DNA of 64,000 nucleotides from an uncultured delta proteobacterium (GTDB taxonomy: Bacteria > Desulfobacterota > Desulfobacteria > Desulfobacterales > Desulfosalsimonadaceae). The stretch lies in the NCBI GenBank assembly GCA_963826785.1, contig CAWGYD010000001.1, positions 320,001-384,000 on the forward strand, read 5' to 3'. A program made the translations under genes and the position numbers. This document shows, in pieces, positions 9,580-18,953 of this stretch; within the stretch, counting starts at the first letter, position 1; each line of letters opens with the position of its first letter. The notes beneath the pieces are model-generated. The model was not told where the DNA came from, did not search any database, and saw only the letters and a list, made by a program, of their open reading frames with translations.

Positions 9580-10551
9580 TTACCGGAATGCATCCGCGGC
9601 CATGCCGTAAAACCGTTTAAGGCTCCAGGGCTCCTGGGCGGCCCCCCGGCAGGAATACCAGCAGCTGCCGCAGTCGGCCGCCTTGAAAAATCCGTTGCGC
9701 CACTGGCTGAAATGCCCGGCGATCCGATGATCGGAGCAGCGCTTGATCATTCCGTCGGGGGTGACCTGGAGCCAGTTTTTTCCGGCCGTGCATCCGGGGA
9801 TAAAGCGGTTTTGAAAAAACTCGGGCACCCGGTCCAGGTAATCGTCACCCGTTGTCACATTTCCCGTTTCCCTTTTCATCTGCTTTAAAGTTTCGATCAT
9901 CTTCTCAAGAGAAGAGAGTTCCGCGTCAGGGACCATGTGATGTTCATTGCCGATCCGCCAGCAGTTGTATGCGCTCAGGGATATTTTTACCCCCATGTCC
10001 GCACTTTTTTTCACGAGCTTGGGAATGTCGGCATAGTTCTCCCGCTTGATGACCACATTGAAACACAGATTGACGCCGGCCGCCCGCAGCTGCGGGACCA
10101 CGAAGAAAATCCGGTCCGTCAGGCCAGGGATCCCTCTTTCCCGGTCGTGCCGCTCGTCGGGATAATCCAGGGAGATGGACATTTCATCCAGGCCGGCCTC
10201 CCAGGCATCGAGACCCCCCTGGAAGGTCAGAAGCGATCCGTTGGTGATCAGTGAAATAAATAAAAAACCGAAGGAACTCCGCAGGGAGGCGATTAATTCC
10301 GGCAGGTCGCTCCGCAGAAAGGGCTCACCGCCGGTGATGCTCACCGACAGCGGATCCAGTGCGCGGACCACCGGGACATAATTGTTCAGTTCCGGAGGGG
10401 CCTTTTCTTTCCAGTAATCGCAGAAATCACATCGGGCGTTGCACCGCTTGGTGACCTCCAGGTTGATGTTCAAGAGGCCCCCCTTGAGCAGATACCGGAA
10501 AAATTTATATCCCCCCGCCGACATTTCCGTAAGGCTGAGTTTTCGGGACAT
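9580..10551 (-). CDS. Radical SAM protein with C-terminal twitch/SPASM-type cysteines
   Basis: CNARCDFC, TGGEP, TNG and ISLD motifs, plus CTAG...PDG..KRC and CGSCWYSC. Confidence 0.92.
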   Translation of the reverse strand: MSRKLSLTEMSAGGYKFFRYLLKGGLLNINLEVTKRCNARCDFCDYWKEKAPPELNNYVPVVRALDPLSVSITGGEPFLRSDLPELIASLRSSFGFLFISLITNGSLLTFQGGLDAWEAGLDEMSISLDYPDERHDRERGIPGLTDRIFFVVPQLRAAGVNLCFNVVIKRENYADIPKLVKKSADMGVKISLSAYNCWRIGNEHHMVPDAELSSLEKMIETLKQMKRETGNVTTGDDYLDRVPEFFQNRFIPGCTAGKNWLQVTPDGMIKRCSDHRIAGHFSQWRNGFFKAADCGSCWYSCRGAAQEPWSLKRFYGMAADAFR

Positions 10552-10566
10552 CTGATACTCCCTTTG

Positions 10567-11570
10567 CTAATTGTCTTTCAATGAGGGCTCCTCCGAGAGA
10601 TTGCGCCCGCTTTCGGCCAGAAGCGCCCAGTAGATGAAAAGCCCGATGCCGGCCCAGAAGATCTGCTCCACCCGAAGGGTCACCCCGTAGCTCAACCCGA
10701 TGGCCGATCCAAATCCCAGCAGCGTAAACACGATCACCCGGCTGGCTTCCAGGACCCCCAGATTCATGGGAATGGGAAAACTCAGCAGGTCCAGCCATGA
10801 GCCGAGAAACCACACCCCCGCCGCCAGGTTCGGGGAAGAACTGCCGGTGAGCAGGTAGAGAAAATACCAGCTCTGCAGGATGCCGCACGTCATCCCGAGA
10901 ATATGCCAGATCATGGACAGGAAAAGATCATAGGGATGCTCCCGGTAGAAAAGTTTCAGCGCGGCGTCCACTCGGGTTAACCCGTCCGCCGATTTTCGCA
11001 GGGTTTTCCCCCCGATCCGGTGGGCGGCCATCCACCGGACCAGCGCCCCCAGGCGGCCGTATTTCTGGACGGCGAGAAACCCGAGAATGCCGGCTCCCAA
11101 AAACACGCTGCCGGTGAGCATGGCCGCCCAGACCCCCGCGGGCAGCTGGACCCGCCACAGGATGATCAGGGATCCCGCCCCCACAAAAAGCAGTTTGGAC
11201 ATGGCGTATGAAAGCTTTCCGATGATCACGCCGGTGACGGCTTCGGGTCCTGAATGATTGAGCGCCAGAAGCGTGCCCTTGACCACCTCACCACCCAGGT
11301 CCGCGGTGGGGGTCAGGTAGCTGATGGACCCTCCCGCCAGCCGGATGCTGAAAATCCGGGAAATGGACAAGTCCCTGTGGGGACCGGAAAGGCAGTGCCG
11401 CCAACCAACGCGTGAAAGAGCTCCGCCAGGCCTTCTATGATGATCAGGGGGACAAGTCCCCATCCCAGAATCGAAAGCTCCCGCAAAAGTTCCCCGGGGC
11501 CGATCGTCCAGATCAGGGCCATCAGGAGAAAAACCCCGATGAGGATGGCCAAAACATGAAATCGCTTCAC
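10567..11570 (-). CDS. Lysylphosphatidylglycerol synthase TM-region (flippase-like) protein, paralog 2 (apparent frameshift near 11405)
   Basis: GTG start (MKRFHVLAILIG...). One missing G in TTG(G)GTTGG restores GWRHCLS...ISYLTPTADLGGEVVKG. Collinear with 2585-3568. Confidence 0.85.
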
Positions 11571-12838
11571 CCGGCTTCCCCTGCGGCTTCAACGGCCATG
11601 TCGCCCTGCCTGCGGTGCTGGTACAAACGCATTCCGTGCGCTGCGGCCGTCAGGGCGGCCCATGCGGCGGCAATGCCAAGCGTGTGAACGGGAAACCCGA
11701 GCGAAAATCCGATGATGAACATGAAAATGTAGATGTTTCGCCTTCCCGCGATCCGCCTGAATCTGGCATCGAAGGGGCTGAAAAGATCGATGCTTTTCCC
11801 GAACCACTTCTGGGCCAGCGTGTAAAAAACGTTATCCGCCGTATCGGAGAGGATCAGCAGCCCCGCCAGCAGGGGCGGCCCAATCCCCATCGGGGAGAGC
11901 CCGGCGCCCAGGGCCGCGTACAGGCTGTTTTCGCAGAAATAATCGATGAGCGACTCCTGCTCGCCGATCCGGGTGAAATACAGCTTGGTGCGCGCCAGTT
12001 TGCCGTCCACGCCGTCAAGGATCTGCAGCGCGAAAGCGCAGAATGCGCCGGATAGATAGAATCCGTGATAAAAAAGCCACGCCGCGGTGCCCGCAGCAAA
12101 GATGCCGAAAAGGGTCACCATGTTCGGCGTGACAGGCGTGTTTAACAGCAGAAGCGTCAGAAAATTTTCAAACGGCGGATCGATGAATTCGGCGGGCAGG
12201 TCCATTACTTGTTTCTGCTGGCTGGCGATCAGCACCCGGGTGGCGTGCCGGGCCTGTTCCTTTGAGTGCACCTCCATGAAATAGGGGGGCTGGGGCCCGC
12301 GGATGTCGGCGTTGAAGGGATCGATCATCTCCGGATAGAGCGCGTCCACTGATCCGGCTATGCCGCCGGGGCCCTGTTTGCACAGGCGCTGAAAATCCGC
12401 CCTTTTGAAAAACCCCGCCCGGACTGTCGACGATTTGCGATCAGACGGGCTGATGCAGGCGACCACCGAAATCGGGGCGCGCAAGAGATGTTCAAAAATC
12501 CTTGGGTCAAACAGATGCGCCGCGTCGACGTACAGAAAATTTTCGGCCAGATGGGAAAACGGGCCCATGGCGGCCCAGATGTCCTTTTCGACGATGATCG
12601 GCCACAGGCGCAGGCCCCCCACCCATCTTTCAAACCCGCCCAGGTCCTTTTCGCCATCGACCAACAGGTATCCCTCTTTCAATCCCAATGCCCTGAGATG
12701 ATAGAGGGTTCTTATGACAAGGGGAATGCCGCCCACGCTTTCCCAGGCCCCGGGCCGGCCGGCATTAATGAACATCAGGGGCCGCATTGGGCCTTTAAGA
12801 TCCTTTGCATGCGGATCTGGTTTTTCCGTAACTGACAT
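11567..12838 (-). CDS. CDP-alcohol phosphotransferase with degenerate N-terminal NTP-transferase-like domain
   Basis: TPNMVT and DGVDGKLAR...GEQESLID (CDP-OH-transferase motif variant). The N-terminus has VGGIPLVIRTL, typical of IPCT/DIPPS-like fusions. Confidence 0.88.
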   Translation of the reverse strand: MSVTEKPDPHAKDLKGPMRPLMFINAGRPGAWESVGGIPLVIRTLYHLRALGLKEGYLLVDGEKDLGGFERWVGGLRLWPIIVEKDIWAAMGPFSHLAENFLYVDAAHLFDPRIFEHLLRAPISVVACISPSDRKSSTVRAGFFKRADFQRLCKQGPGGIAGSVDALYPEMIDPFNADIRGPQPPYFMEVHSKEQARHATRVLIASQQKQVMDLPAEFIDPPFENFLTLLLLNTPVTPNMVTLFGIFAAGTAAWLFYHGFYLSGAFCAFALQILDGVDGKLARTKLYFTRIGEQESLIDYFCENSLYAALGAGLSPMGIGPPLLAGLLILSDTADNVFYTLAQKWFGKSIDLFSPFDARFRRIAGRRNIYIFMFIIGFSLGFPVHTLGIAAAWAALTAAAHGMRLYQHRRQGDMAVEAAGEAG

Positions 12839-13118
12839 ATCCGAGCGCCTTTTTCGGTTTCACTGAAATGCCGGCCCCCGTAATGATCACCCGGAAGTCG
12901 GCAATTGCCGCTGATGTTTAACTGTTCGGCCCGGTCCGGCCTGTTGTCAAACCGATGCCGCTCGATGCAGCCAGTTATGAAGCGCTCGGAAAAAATGCAG
13001 GAAGATTTCATTCGGGAGGCAAAAAACAGACGGCCGGACGCTTGCGCATATCCGGGTGGCATGTATTGAAGATGCTCCCATGCTTGATTGTGCCTCTCGG
13101 TTTTGCATGACCCGGCAT

Positions 13119-15863
13119 TTACCGCTTCGGGCTGGGCCCCTTGCTCACCTGTACCAGGCCCTCCGGCCGGATCCACTTGCGGTAGGCGGATTGGACCTGT
13201 TCGGCCGTGAGGGTGAGGTAATGCCGGGCCGCAAGGATCGGCTCGTCCATGGGCAGATCCATTTCCGAGCGGTGGATCAGCCCCTGGGCAATGGATTGAA
13301 AGCTCGACTCGGCAAGCGGAATTTCTCTGAGGAGCATGGCCCTGGCCTGCCGAAGTTCTTCAGGCCCCACCGGTGAATCCGCCATCCGTTTCAGGTTGTC
13401 GACGACGATCTGACGGGCACTTCCGACGTTTTCGGGGGCGCAGCCGTAGGTGACGTTGTAATCGGACCGGTGCCGGCTCACATCGAAGGCGGAATTCACG
13501 TAATAGACCAGTCCGTTCTTTTCGCGCAGATCCTGATACAGCCGGGTGGCGTAAAATCCGCCGCCCAGGACGCTGTTGCCCAGTATCAAGGCGTAATATT
13601 CCGGGTTGTCCCGGGTGATCTGAATCGTTTCGGCCAGGGTCACCTGGTCCTGGACCCGGCTTTTGTCCGGTACGGCGATGGTATCGGGCGGGTTGTCCGG
13701 AACGGCCGGCAGAAACGTGTCCGGCCGGGGTCCCGTGGCCTTCCATTTGCCGAAGTATTTCTCCACCACTTTCCGGGCTTCCTGCGGCGCGATGTTTCCC
13801 ACCACCACCAGGGTGGTCATGTCCGGCCTGAACACCTTCTGATAGTAATCTCTCACATCCTTGAGCGTCAGTCCGGACACGGACTGGACAGTGGCATGGC
13901 GAATCGCCGGGTCCCCTTTCGGATACAGTGCCTTTTGCAAGGCCAGGTTCGCCAGGAAATCCGGGCTTTCCAGTTCTCCGGCGACGCTTTGCGCCACCTG
14001 CTGCCGGACAATGGAGAAGGCCTGTTCTGGCAGACCGGGCTGGAGCTGGTTTTCGGCAAGGAGTTGTACGCCGCGCTCAACATGGTCGGCCAGCACCTCC
14101 AGTGAAAAATCGGTGCCCGCCGAAACATCTGCGCCGATCTGGTCCAGCGCCTTCTGAAAGGCGATCCGGTCGAGCTTTTCCGTGCCATACCCAAAGAGCT
14201 GTTCAAGGACGGTGTCCACCCCTTCTTTTCCGGCGGGCGCCTGGAGATCGGGGTTGTTTTGGATCTGGCCGTACATGCAGACGGTGTCGCTCACCGAAGA
14301 CGGCTGCACCATCAGTTTCATCCCGTTGGGCAGGGTGGCCGCCGTGGGGTTTACGGTGGAGGGGGGTACGGACAGCCGCTTCAGGGCGCTTTCGGCCCAG
14401 TCCGGCAAAGCGGCATTTGCGGTCTGCTTCAGGGCGATGTGCTCCTGCACGCCTCCTTTTTCAGCCTTGACCGGCTGCCCCGAGGTTTCCGGCACCAGGA
14501 TCGCCTCGATGGCCGCATCCGGCTTCAGGTGGGTTTTCAGCACCCGGTTCACGTCGGCGGTCTTTACCGCCTCCAGGTCTTTGATGACCGCATCGGGGGA
14601 TTTTCGGCCCTGGATGGCCAGGGCGGAGGACCAGGTCATGGCAAGGCCCAGGACCGAATTTTTCTGCAGCTGATTGCTCGCGCTTTCCCGGAGTTTGGCC
14701 GCTGCCACCATACTTTCGGAGACGCCCGTCTGCTGCAGCTGGGCGATGACCTTGCGCATGTCGCTGATCAGCGCCTTCCCGTCCTTATTTTTCGGAAAGG
14801 CGGCAAATGCGTAGCCCAGTCCGGCCTCGGGCAATACATCCAGGTTAAAGCCGGCCGCAAGGCTCTTGCCTTCTGCGGCCAGCGCGTACAGATCCCCCCG
14901 CTGGCTGTTCAGCACATCGGCGAGGATCTGAGACGCCGCATAGTCGGGGCTGTCATAACCGGGCATCCGAAATGAGATGACGGCCAGGCCATAGGGGAGA
15001 TCCGTTTTGTAGTGAAACGTTTCGGGCGTGACGGGGCTCAGGTTGAACCCGGGGCGGGACGGCAGCTTTTTGGAGGGAATTTTGCCGAACAGATCTTTGA
15101 CGTTGGCCAGCGCTTTTTCCGGCGCCACATCCCCGACGATCACCAGGATGGCGTTGTTGGGAACATACCATGTATCATAGAATTGTTTGAGCATCGCGCC
15201 GGTGGTTTTCTGGAAGGATGCAGTCGTGCCCAGGGGGTCGTGGGCATAGGGCGTGCCCTTGAACATGGCGGCCAGAAGCTGTGTGTAGAATTTGTATTCG
15301 GGGATGGACAGGTCCTGGGCGACTTCCTGTTCGATGGCGCCGCGCTCCTGACGCCAGAGTTTTTCAGTGTCGAGCACGCCGCGCATCCGGATGGCCTCGA
15401 TATGCAGGGCCACATCCAGGTCCTGGGACGGGAACAGAAAAAAATACTGGGTTACCATCTGCTGCGTGTCCGCATCGAACATTCCGCCCATACCGGCGGT
15501 GATGGCGGCCAGTTGACCGGCCGATAGTCCCGGGCTGCCGCGGAACATCATGTGCTCCTGGGCGTGCGCCATTCCCGGAAATCCCGGTGGGGCCTCATTC
15601 GATCCCACCCGGTAATTCATCACCGTGGCCACCACCGGCGACAGGGTATTTCGGACGATCACCACCTGAAGGCCATTGTCCAGCGTGGCACGCGTGACTT
15701 GCGTATCGGCGGCCTTATCCGTTTCCGCAGCCTCTGCCGTAAAGAATCCGGCCGACAGCATCAGCAGGGTGAAAATCACGGCGGCGCATGAAAGTCGAAC
15801 CCGAAAAGCAGCGGGTGAAAATTTTCGCAAGAAGAACCTTTTTCGCGTTTGATCCTGATCCAT
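13119..15863 (-). CDS. M16 (pitrilysin/PqqL-like) secreted zinc peptidase
   Basis: Inverted zinc motif HAQEH (GMAHAQEHMMFRGS), ERGAIEQE, RLYQDLREKNGLVYYV and a signal peptide. The start is uncertain (15863 or 15917). Confidence 0.92.
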   Translation of the reverse strand: MDQDQTRKRFFLRKFSPAAFRVRLSCAAVIFTLLMLSAGFFTAEAAETDKAADTQVTRATLDNGLQVVIVRNTLSPVVATVMNYRVGSNEAPPGFPGMAHAQEHMMFRGSPGLSAGQLAAITAGMGGMFDADTQQMVTQYFFLFPSQDLDVALHIEAIRMRGVLDTEKLWRQERGAIEQEVAQDLSIPEYKFYTQLLAAMFKGTPYAHDPLGTTASFQKTTGAMLKQFYDTWYVPNNAILVIVGDVAPEKALANVKDLFGKIPSKKLPSRPGFNLSPVTPETFHYKTDLPYGLAVISFRMPGYDSPDYAASQILADVLNSQRGDLYALAAEGKSLAAGFNLDVLPEAGLGYAFAAFPKNKDGKALISDMRKVIAQLQQTGVSESMVAAAKLRESASNQLQKNSVLGLAMTWSSALAIQGRKSPDAVIKDLEAVKTADVNRVLKTHLKPDAAIEAILVPETSGQPVKAEKGGVQEHIALKQTANAALPDWAESALKRLSVPPSTVNPTAATLPNGMKLMVQPSSVSDTVCMYGQIQNNPDLQAPAGKEGVDTVLEQLFGYGTEKLDRIAFQKALDQIGADVSAGTDFSLEVLADHVERGVQLLAENQLQPGLPEQAFSIVRQQVAQSVAGELESPDFLANLALQKALYPKGDPAIRHATVQSVSGLTLKDVRDYYQKVFRPDMTTLVVVGNIAPQEARKVVEKYFGKWKATGPRPDTFLPAVPDNPPDTIAVPDKSRVQDQVTLAETIQITRDNPEYYALILGNSVLGGGFYATRLYQDLREKNGLVYYVNSAFDVSRHRSDYNVTYGCAPENVGSARQIVVDNLKRMADSPVGPEELRQARAMLLREIPLAESSFQSIAQGLIHRSEMDLPMDEPILAARHYLTLTAEQVQSAYRKWIRPEGLVQVSKGPSPKR

Positions 15864-16154
15864 GATGCCCTTCTTTGTGTCTGATGGTTGAAACGGAAAG
15901 AGACGATCCATAGTCAACTTAATTCTGGATCATATTTTTCTGATGGGCAAATGGAGGCGTCTGTTTTTCCTTCTGCTTCAGCATTTCGGAATTCGAAGCG
16001 AAAGAAATCTTGATCTTCTTGTGCCGGGAGCGACGGGGAAAAGGGTGCGCGTTCCGGGCTGCATATGCGGATGGATAAGCCGGCAACGAAAATGCCGAGG
16101 ACGGTCAGGCAGGGGGCATCAATTTCAAATTTTTTTTTCTTAGGCGCCGGGCGT

Positions 16155-18041
16155 TTATTTTTCCAGCGACTCCCAGCGGGCATAGGCTTCCGCAATGGCC
16201 TTTTCGAGTTGCTCCAGGCGGGCTCTTTCCCGGGCGATGGCTTCTGTTCCTTTTTTGTAGAATTCGGGATCGGCCATGGCCGTGTACAGGACGGCATGTT
16301 CGGATTCCAGTTTTTCGATCTGCCCGGGAAGGGCTTCCAGTTCCCGCAGCGCCTTGTACCCGAGTTTGGCGGGCTGCCCCGAACGGGGTTTGGCTTTCTT
16401 TGCCGGCGGGGGCGGCGGGCTGGCCGGCTGCCGGTCGACCATCCCCTGTTTGCGCTGGATCTGCCAGTCGTCATAGCCGCCCGCGTATTCGATGATGTTG
16501 CCGTCTTCCTCGAAGACGATGCTGCTGGTGACCACGTTGTTTAAAAATGCCCGGTCATGGCTGACCAGCAGGAGGGTCCCCGTGAAATTGAACAGGAGCT
16601 CTTCCAGCAGTTCAAGGGTTTCGATGTCCAGGTCGTTGGTGGGCTCGTCTAAAACCAGGACATTGGCCGGCCGGGTGAACAGCCGGGCAAGCAGCAGGCG
16701 GTGCTTTTCCCCGCCGGAGAGGATGTGGACGGGGGTGCGGGCCCGTTCCGGGGAAAAGAGGAAATCCTTCAGATACCCGATGACGTGCCGCTTTTCACCG
16801 TTGAAAACAATAAAGTTGTTCCCCTCGCCGATGTTTTCCGACACTGTTTTTGATTCATCGAGTTCGGCCCGCAGCTGATCGAAATAGGCCACTTCCAGGT
16901 TCGTCCCGTGGATCACCCTGCCGGCATCCGGGGTGAGCCGCTTGAGCAGGATGTTGAGCAGGGTGGTTTTTCCCGCGCCGTTTTCGCCGATGATCCCCAC
17001 CCGGTCCCCCCGCAGGATCAGGGTGGAAAAATCACGGATCACCGGCTTTCCGTCATAGGCGTAGTAAACGTTTTCGGCCTCGATCACCTGTTTGCCGCTC
17101 CGCTGTGCATCCTGGATCTGCAGGCGGGCATTGCCGGTCTTTTCCCGGCGCATGCGCCGGGCTTCGCGCATCTTCTGCAGTTCCCGGACCCTTCCCTCGT
17201 TGCGGGTCCTGCGGGCCTTGATCCCCTGCCGGATCCACACTTCCTCCCGGGAGAGTTTCTTGTCGAACTCCGACTGCTGCTTTTCTTCGGCGTCCAGTGC
17301 GGCCTGCCGGCGCTCCAGGTAGCGGTCGTAGCCGCAGGCGTAGGAAAAGATCCGCCCCCGGTCGAGTTCCATGATCCGGGTGGCCGTCCGTTTCAGGAAC
17401 TGCCGGTCATGGGTGATGAACATCAGGGTCAACGGGCTTTTTAAAAGGTATTCTTCCATCCAGGCGATGGCCGCGATGTCTAAATGGTTGGTGGGCTCGT
17501 CCAGCAGCAAAAGATCGGGGTCGCGGGCAATGGCCCGGGCAAACAGCGCTCTTCGTTTCATCCCGGCCGAGAGCCCCGCAAACGGCAGGTCCGGGGCAAG
17601 CCCGGTGCGGGAAAGGACGCTTTCCACCCGGTTGAGCATCTCCCATCCCCGGGTCGGGTCAAGCGATTGTGAAAGTGTTTCGGCGGCATCCGGGGCGGTT
17701 TCCTTTTCACGGGCCATATCACGAAAAGCGGACAGGGCCGCTCCGTTGACATCCAGACCGCCGGCCACCGCATCAAAGAGGGTCCCCTCAAATCCCGGCG
17801 GGACTTCCTGCTCCAGTGCGGCCACGGTGATGCCCTGCTGCCGCCAGATTTCCCCGCTGTCGGGGCGCATCTGTCCGGTCAGCAGTTTAAAGAGCGTCGA
17901 TTTGCCCGCCCCGTTTCGCCCCAAAAGGCCGACCCGCTCCCCTTTTTCAATATTGAAGGTGATGTTTTCCAGCAGGGGCGTGCCGCCGAATCCCCAGCAC
18001 ACCTCCCGCATTCCGATCAGTGCGTCAGATTTGCGGCTCAT
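16155..18041 (-). CDS. uup: ABC-F family ATPase Uup
   Basis: Two ABC domains (GRNGAGKST, LLLDEPTNHLD; GENGAGKTT, LSGGEK), WIRQGIKARRTRNEGRVR linker and a C-terminal coiled coil ending YARWESLE. Confidence 0.93.
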   Translation of the reverse strand: MSRKSDALIGMREVCWGFGGTPLLENITFNIEKGERVGLLGRNGAGKSTLFKLLTGQMRPDSGEIWRQQGITVAALEQEVPPGFEGTLFDAVAGGLDVNGAALSAFRDMAREKETAPDAAETLSQSLDPTRGWEMLNRVESVLSRTGLAPDLPFAGLSAGMKRRALFARAIARDPDLLLLDEPTNHLDIAAIAWMEEYLLKSPLTLMFITHDRQFLKRTATRIMELDRGRIFSYACGYDRYLERRQAALDAEEKQQSEFDKKLSREEVWIRQGIKARRTRNEGRVRELQKMREARRMRREKTGNARLQIQDAQRSGKQVIEAENVYYAYDGKPVIRDFSTLILRGDRVGIIGENGAGKTTLLNILLKRLTPDAGRVIHGTNLEVAYFDQLRAELDESKTVSENIGEGNNFIVFNGEKRHVIGYLKDFLFSPERARTPVHILSGGEKHRLLLARLFTRPANVLVLDEPTNDLDIETLELLEELLFNFTGTLLLVSHDRAFLNNVVTSSIVFEEDGNIIEYAGGYDDWQIQRKQGMVDRQPASPPPPPAKKAKPRSGQPAKLGYKALRELEALPGQIEKLESEHAVLYTAMADPEFYKKGTEAIARERARLEQLEKAIAEAYARWESLEK

Positions 18042-18819
18042 TTGACCCCCGATCCTTTTCGAACAGTTCCCGCATCTGTATGGGGATGCCGGCAGTTTCA
18101 ATCGTTAAGGGCGCTGTTTCGCCGGGCGGGCAAAAGGTCAGGGAGAGGGCGTGCAGCCCGAGCCGGTCAAAGGCATGGTTTGTTTTTAAAAAATTTATTG
18201 CCCGGGTGGAGCCGTACCGGTCGTCCCCCGCCACCGGATGGCCGGCCAGTTTGGCATGCCGCCGGATCTGGTGTTTTCGGCCGGTGAGAATTTCAATCTC
18301 CGCCAGGCTGTAGTGAACGCTTCGGTAAAGGACCCGGTACCGGGTTTCACAGAAAACCTTCGGACCGCTTCCGGCCGGATTTTTTCGTCCCCCGGCCTCC
18401 TTTGCCAGTGGCCACTGCCAGGTTCCCCAAGCCTTCTCGGCCTCAGGTCGCTCATTTGAATCGGGGGGTACAACCGGGCCGTGCAGAATGGCAATGTAGC
18501 GCTTTTGGATCCTTCGGGACTCAAACTGCATGGACAACAATCGAAAGGTCTCGCGTTCTGCGGCCATCAGCAGCACCCCGCTGGTCTCCTTGTCCAGGCG
18601 GTGCACCGGGTGGATCCCAAAATCCGTATACGGCCCCATATCCGTATACAGTGCCGGCTTTTCCCGGATATCGCGGTCCATGATGGTGCACAGGTCCCGG
18701 CCGGTTTCATTGTGGACCGTCAGCCCGGCCGGTTTATCCACCGCCAGCCACCCCTTTCCCAGGGCAAGCACCGGTATTTCTACGGATTTAAAATAAATAG
18801 TGAAAAAATGTCTTGACAT
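18025..18819 (-). CDS. RluA-family pseudouridine synthase
   Basis: Motifs VDKPAGLTVH, VHRLDKETSG, TGRKHQIRRH, GDDRYG and LHA. Confidence 0.93.
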   Translation of the reverse strand: MSRHFFTIYFKSVEIPVLALGKGWLAVDKPAGLTVHNETGRDLCTIMDRDIREKPALYTDMGPYTDFGIHPVHRLDKETSGVLLMAAERETFRLLSMQFESRRIQKRYIAILHGPVVPPDSNERPEAEKAWGTWQWPLAKEAGGRKNPAGSGPKVFCETRYRVLYRSVHYSLAEIEILTGRKHQIRRHAKLAGHPVAGDDRYGSTRAINFLKTNHAFDRLGLHALSLTFCPPGETAPLTIETAGIPIQMRELFEKDRGSNEPQI

Positions 18820-18842
18820 GGGATAAATTATAGCACATCCTT

Positions 18843-18858
18843 GCGTACAAGTGTACGA
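18843..18858. promoter_or_regulatory. FabR-type operator palindrome
   Basis: GCGTACA-AG-TGTACGA has a perfect CGTACA-NN-TGTACG core resembling the E. coli FabR box. A FabR-like gene lies 2.2 kb downstream on the same strand. Confidence 0.65.
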
Positions 18859-18953
18859 ACATTTGTTTTTACAATTAAAAAAACAATTAAACGATCAATT
18901 GTATCTCATATGACTTTTCAAAATTTTAAAATACTGAATCAAGGAGACCGTCA

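Noticed and set aside
1119..12838. Hopanoid (hpnH/hpnO/hpnL-like) or aminoglycoside antibiotic cluster
   Set aside because: No squalene-hopene cyclase, glycosyltransferase or resistance gene is in the window. Ino1, NTP transferase and CDP-alcohol transferase point to phosphoinositol transfer. A hopanoid acceptor encoded elsewhere cannot be excluded.
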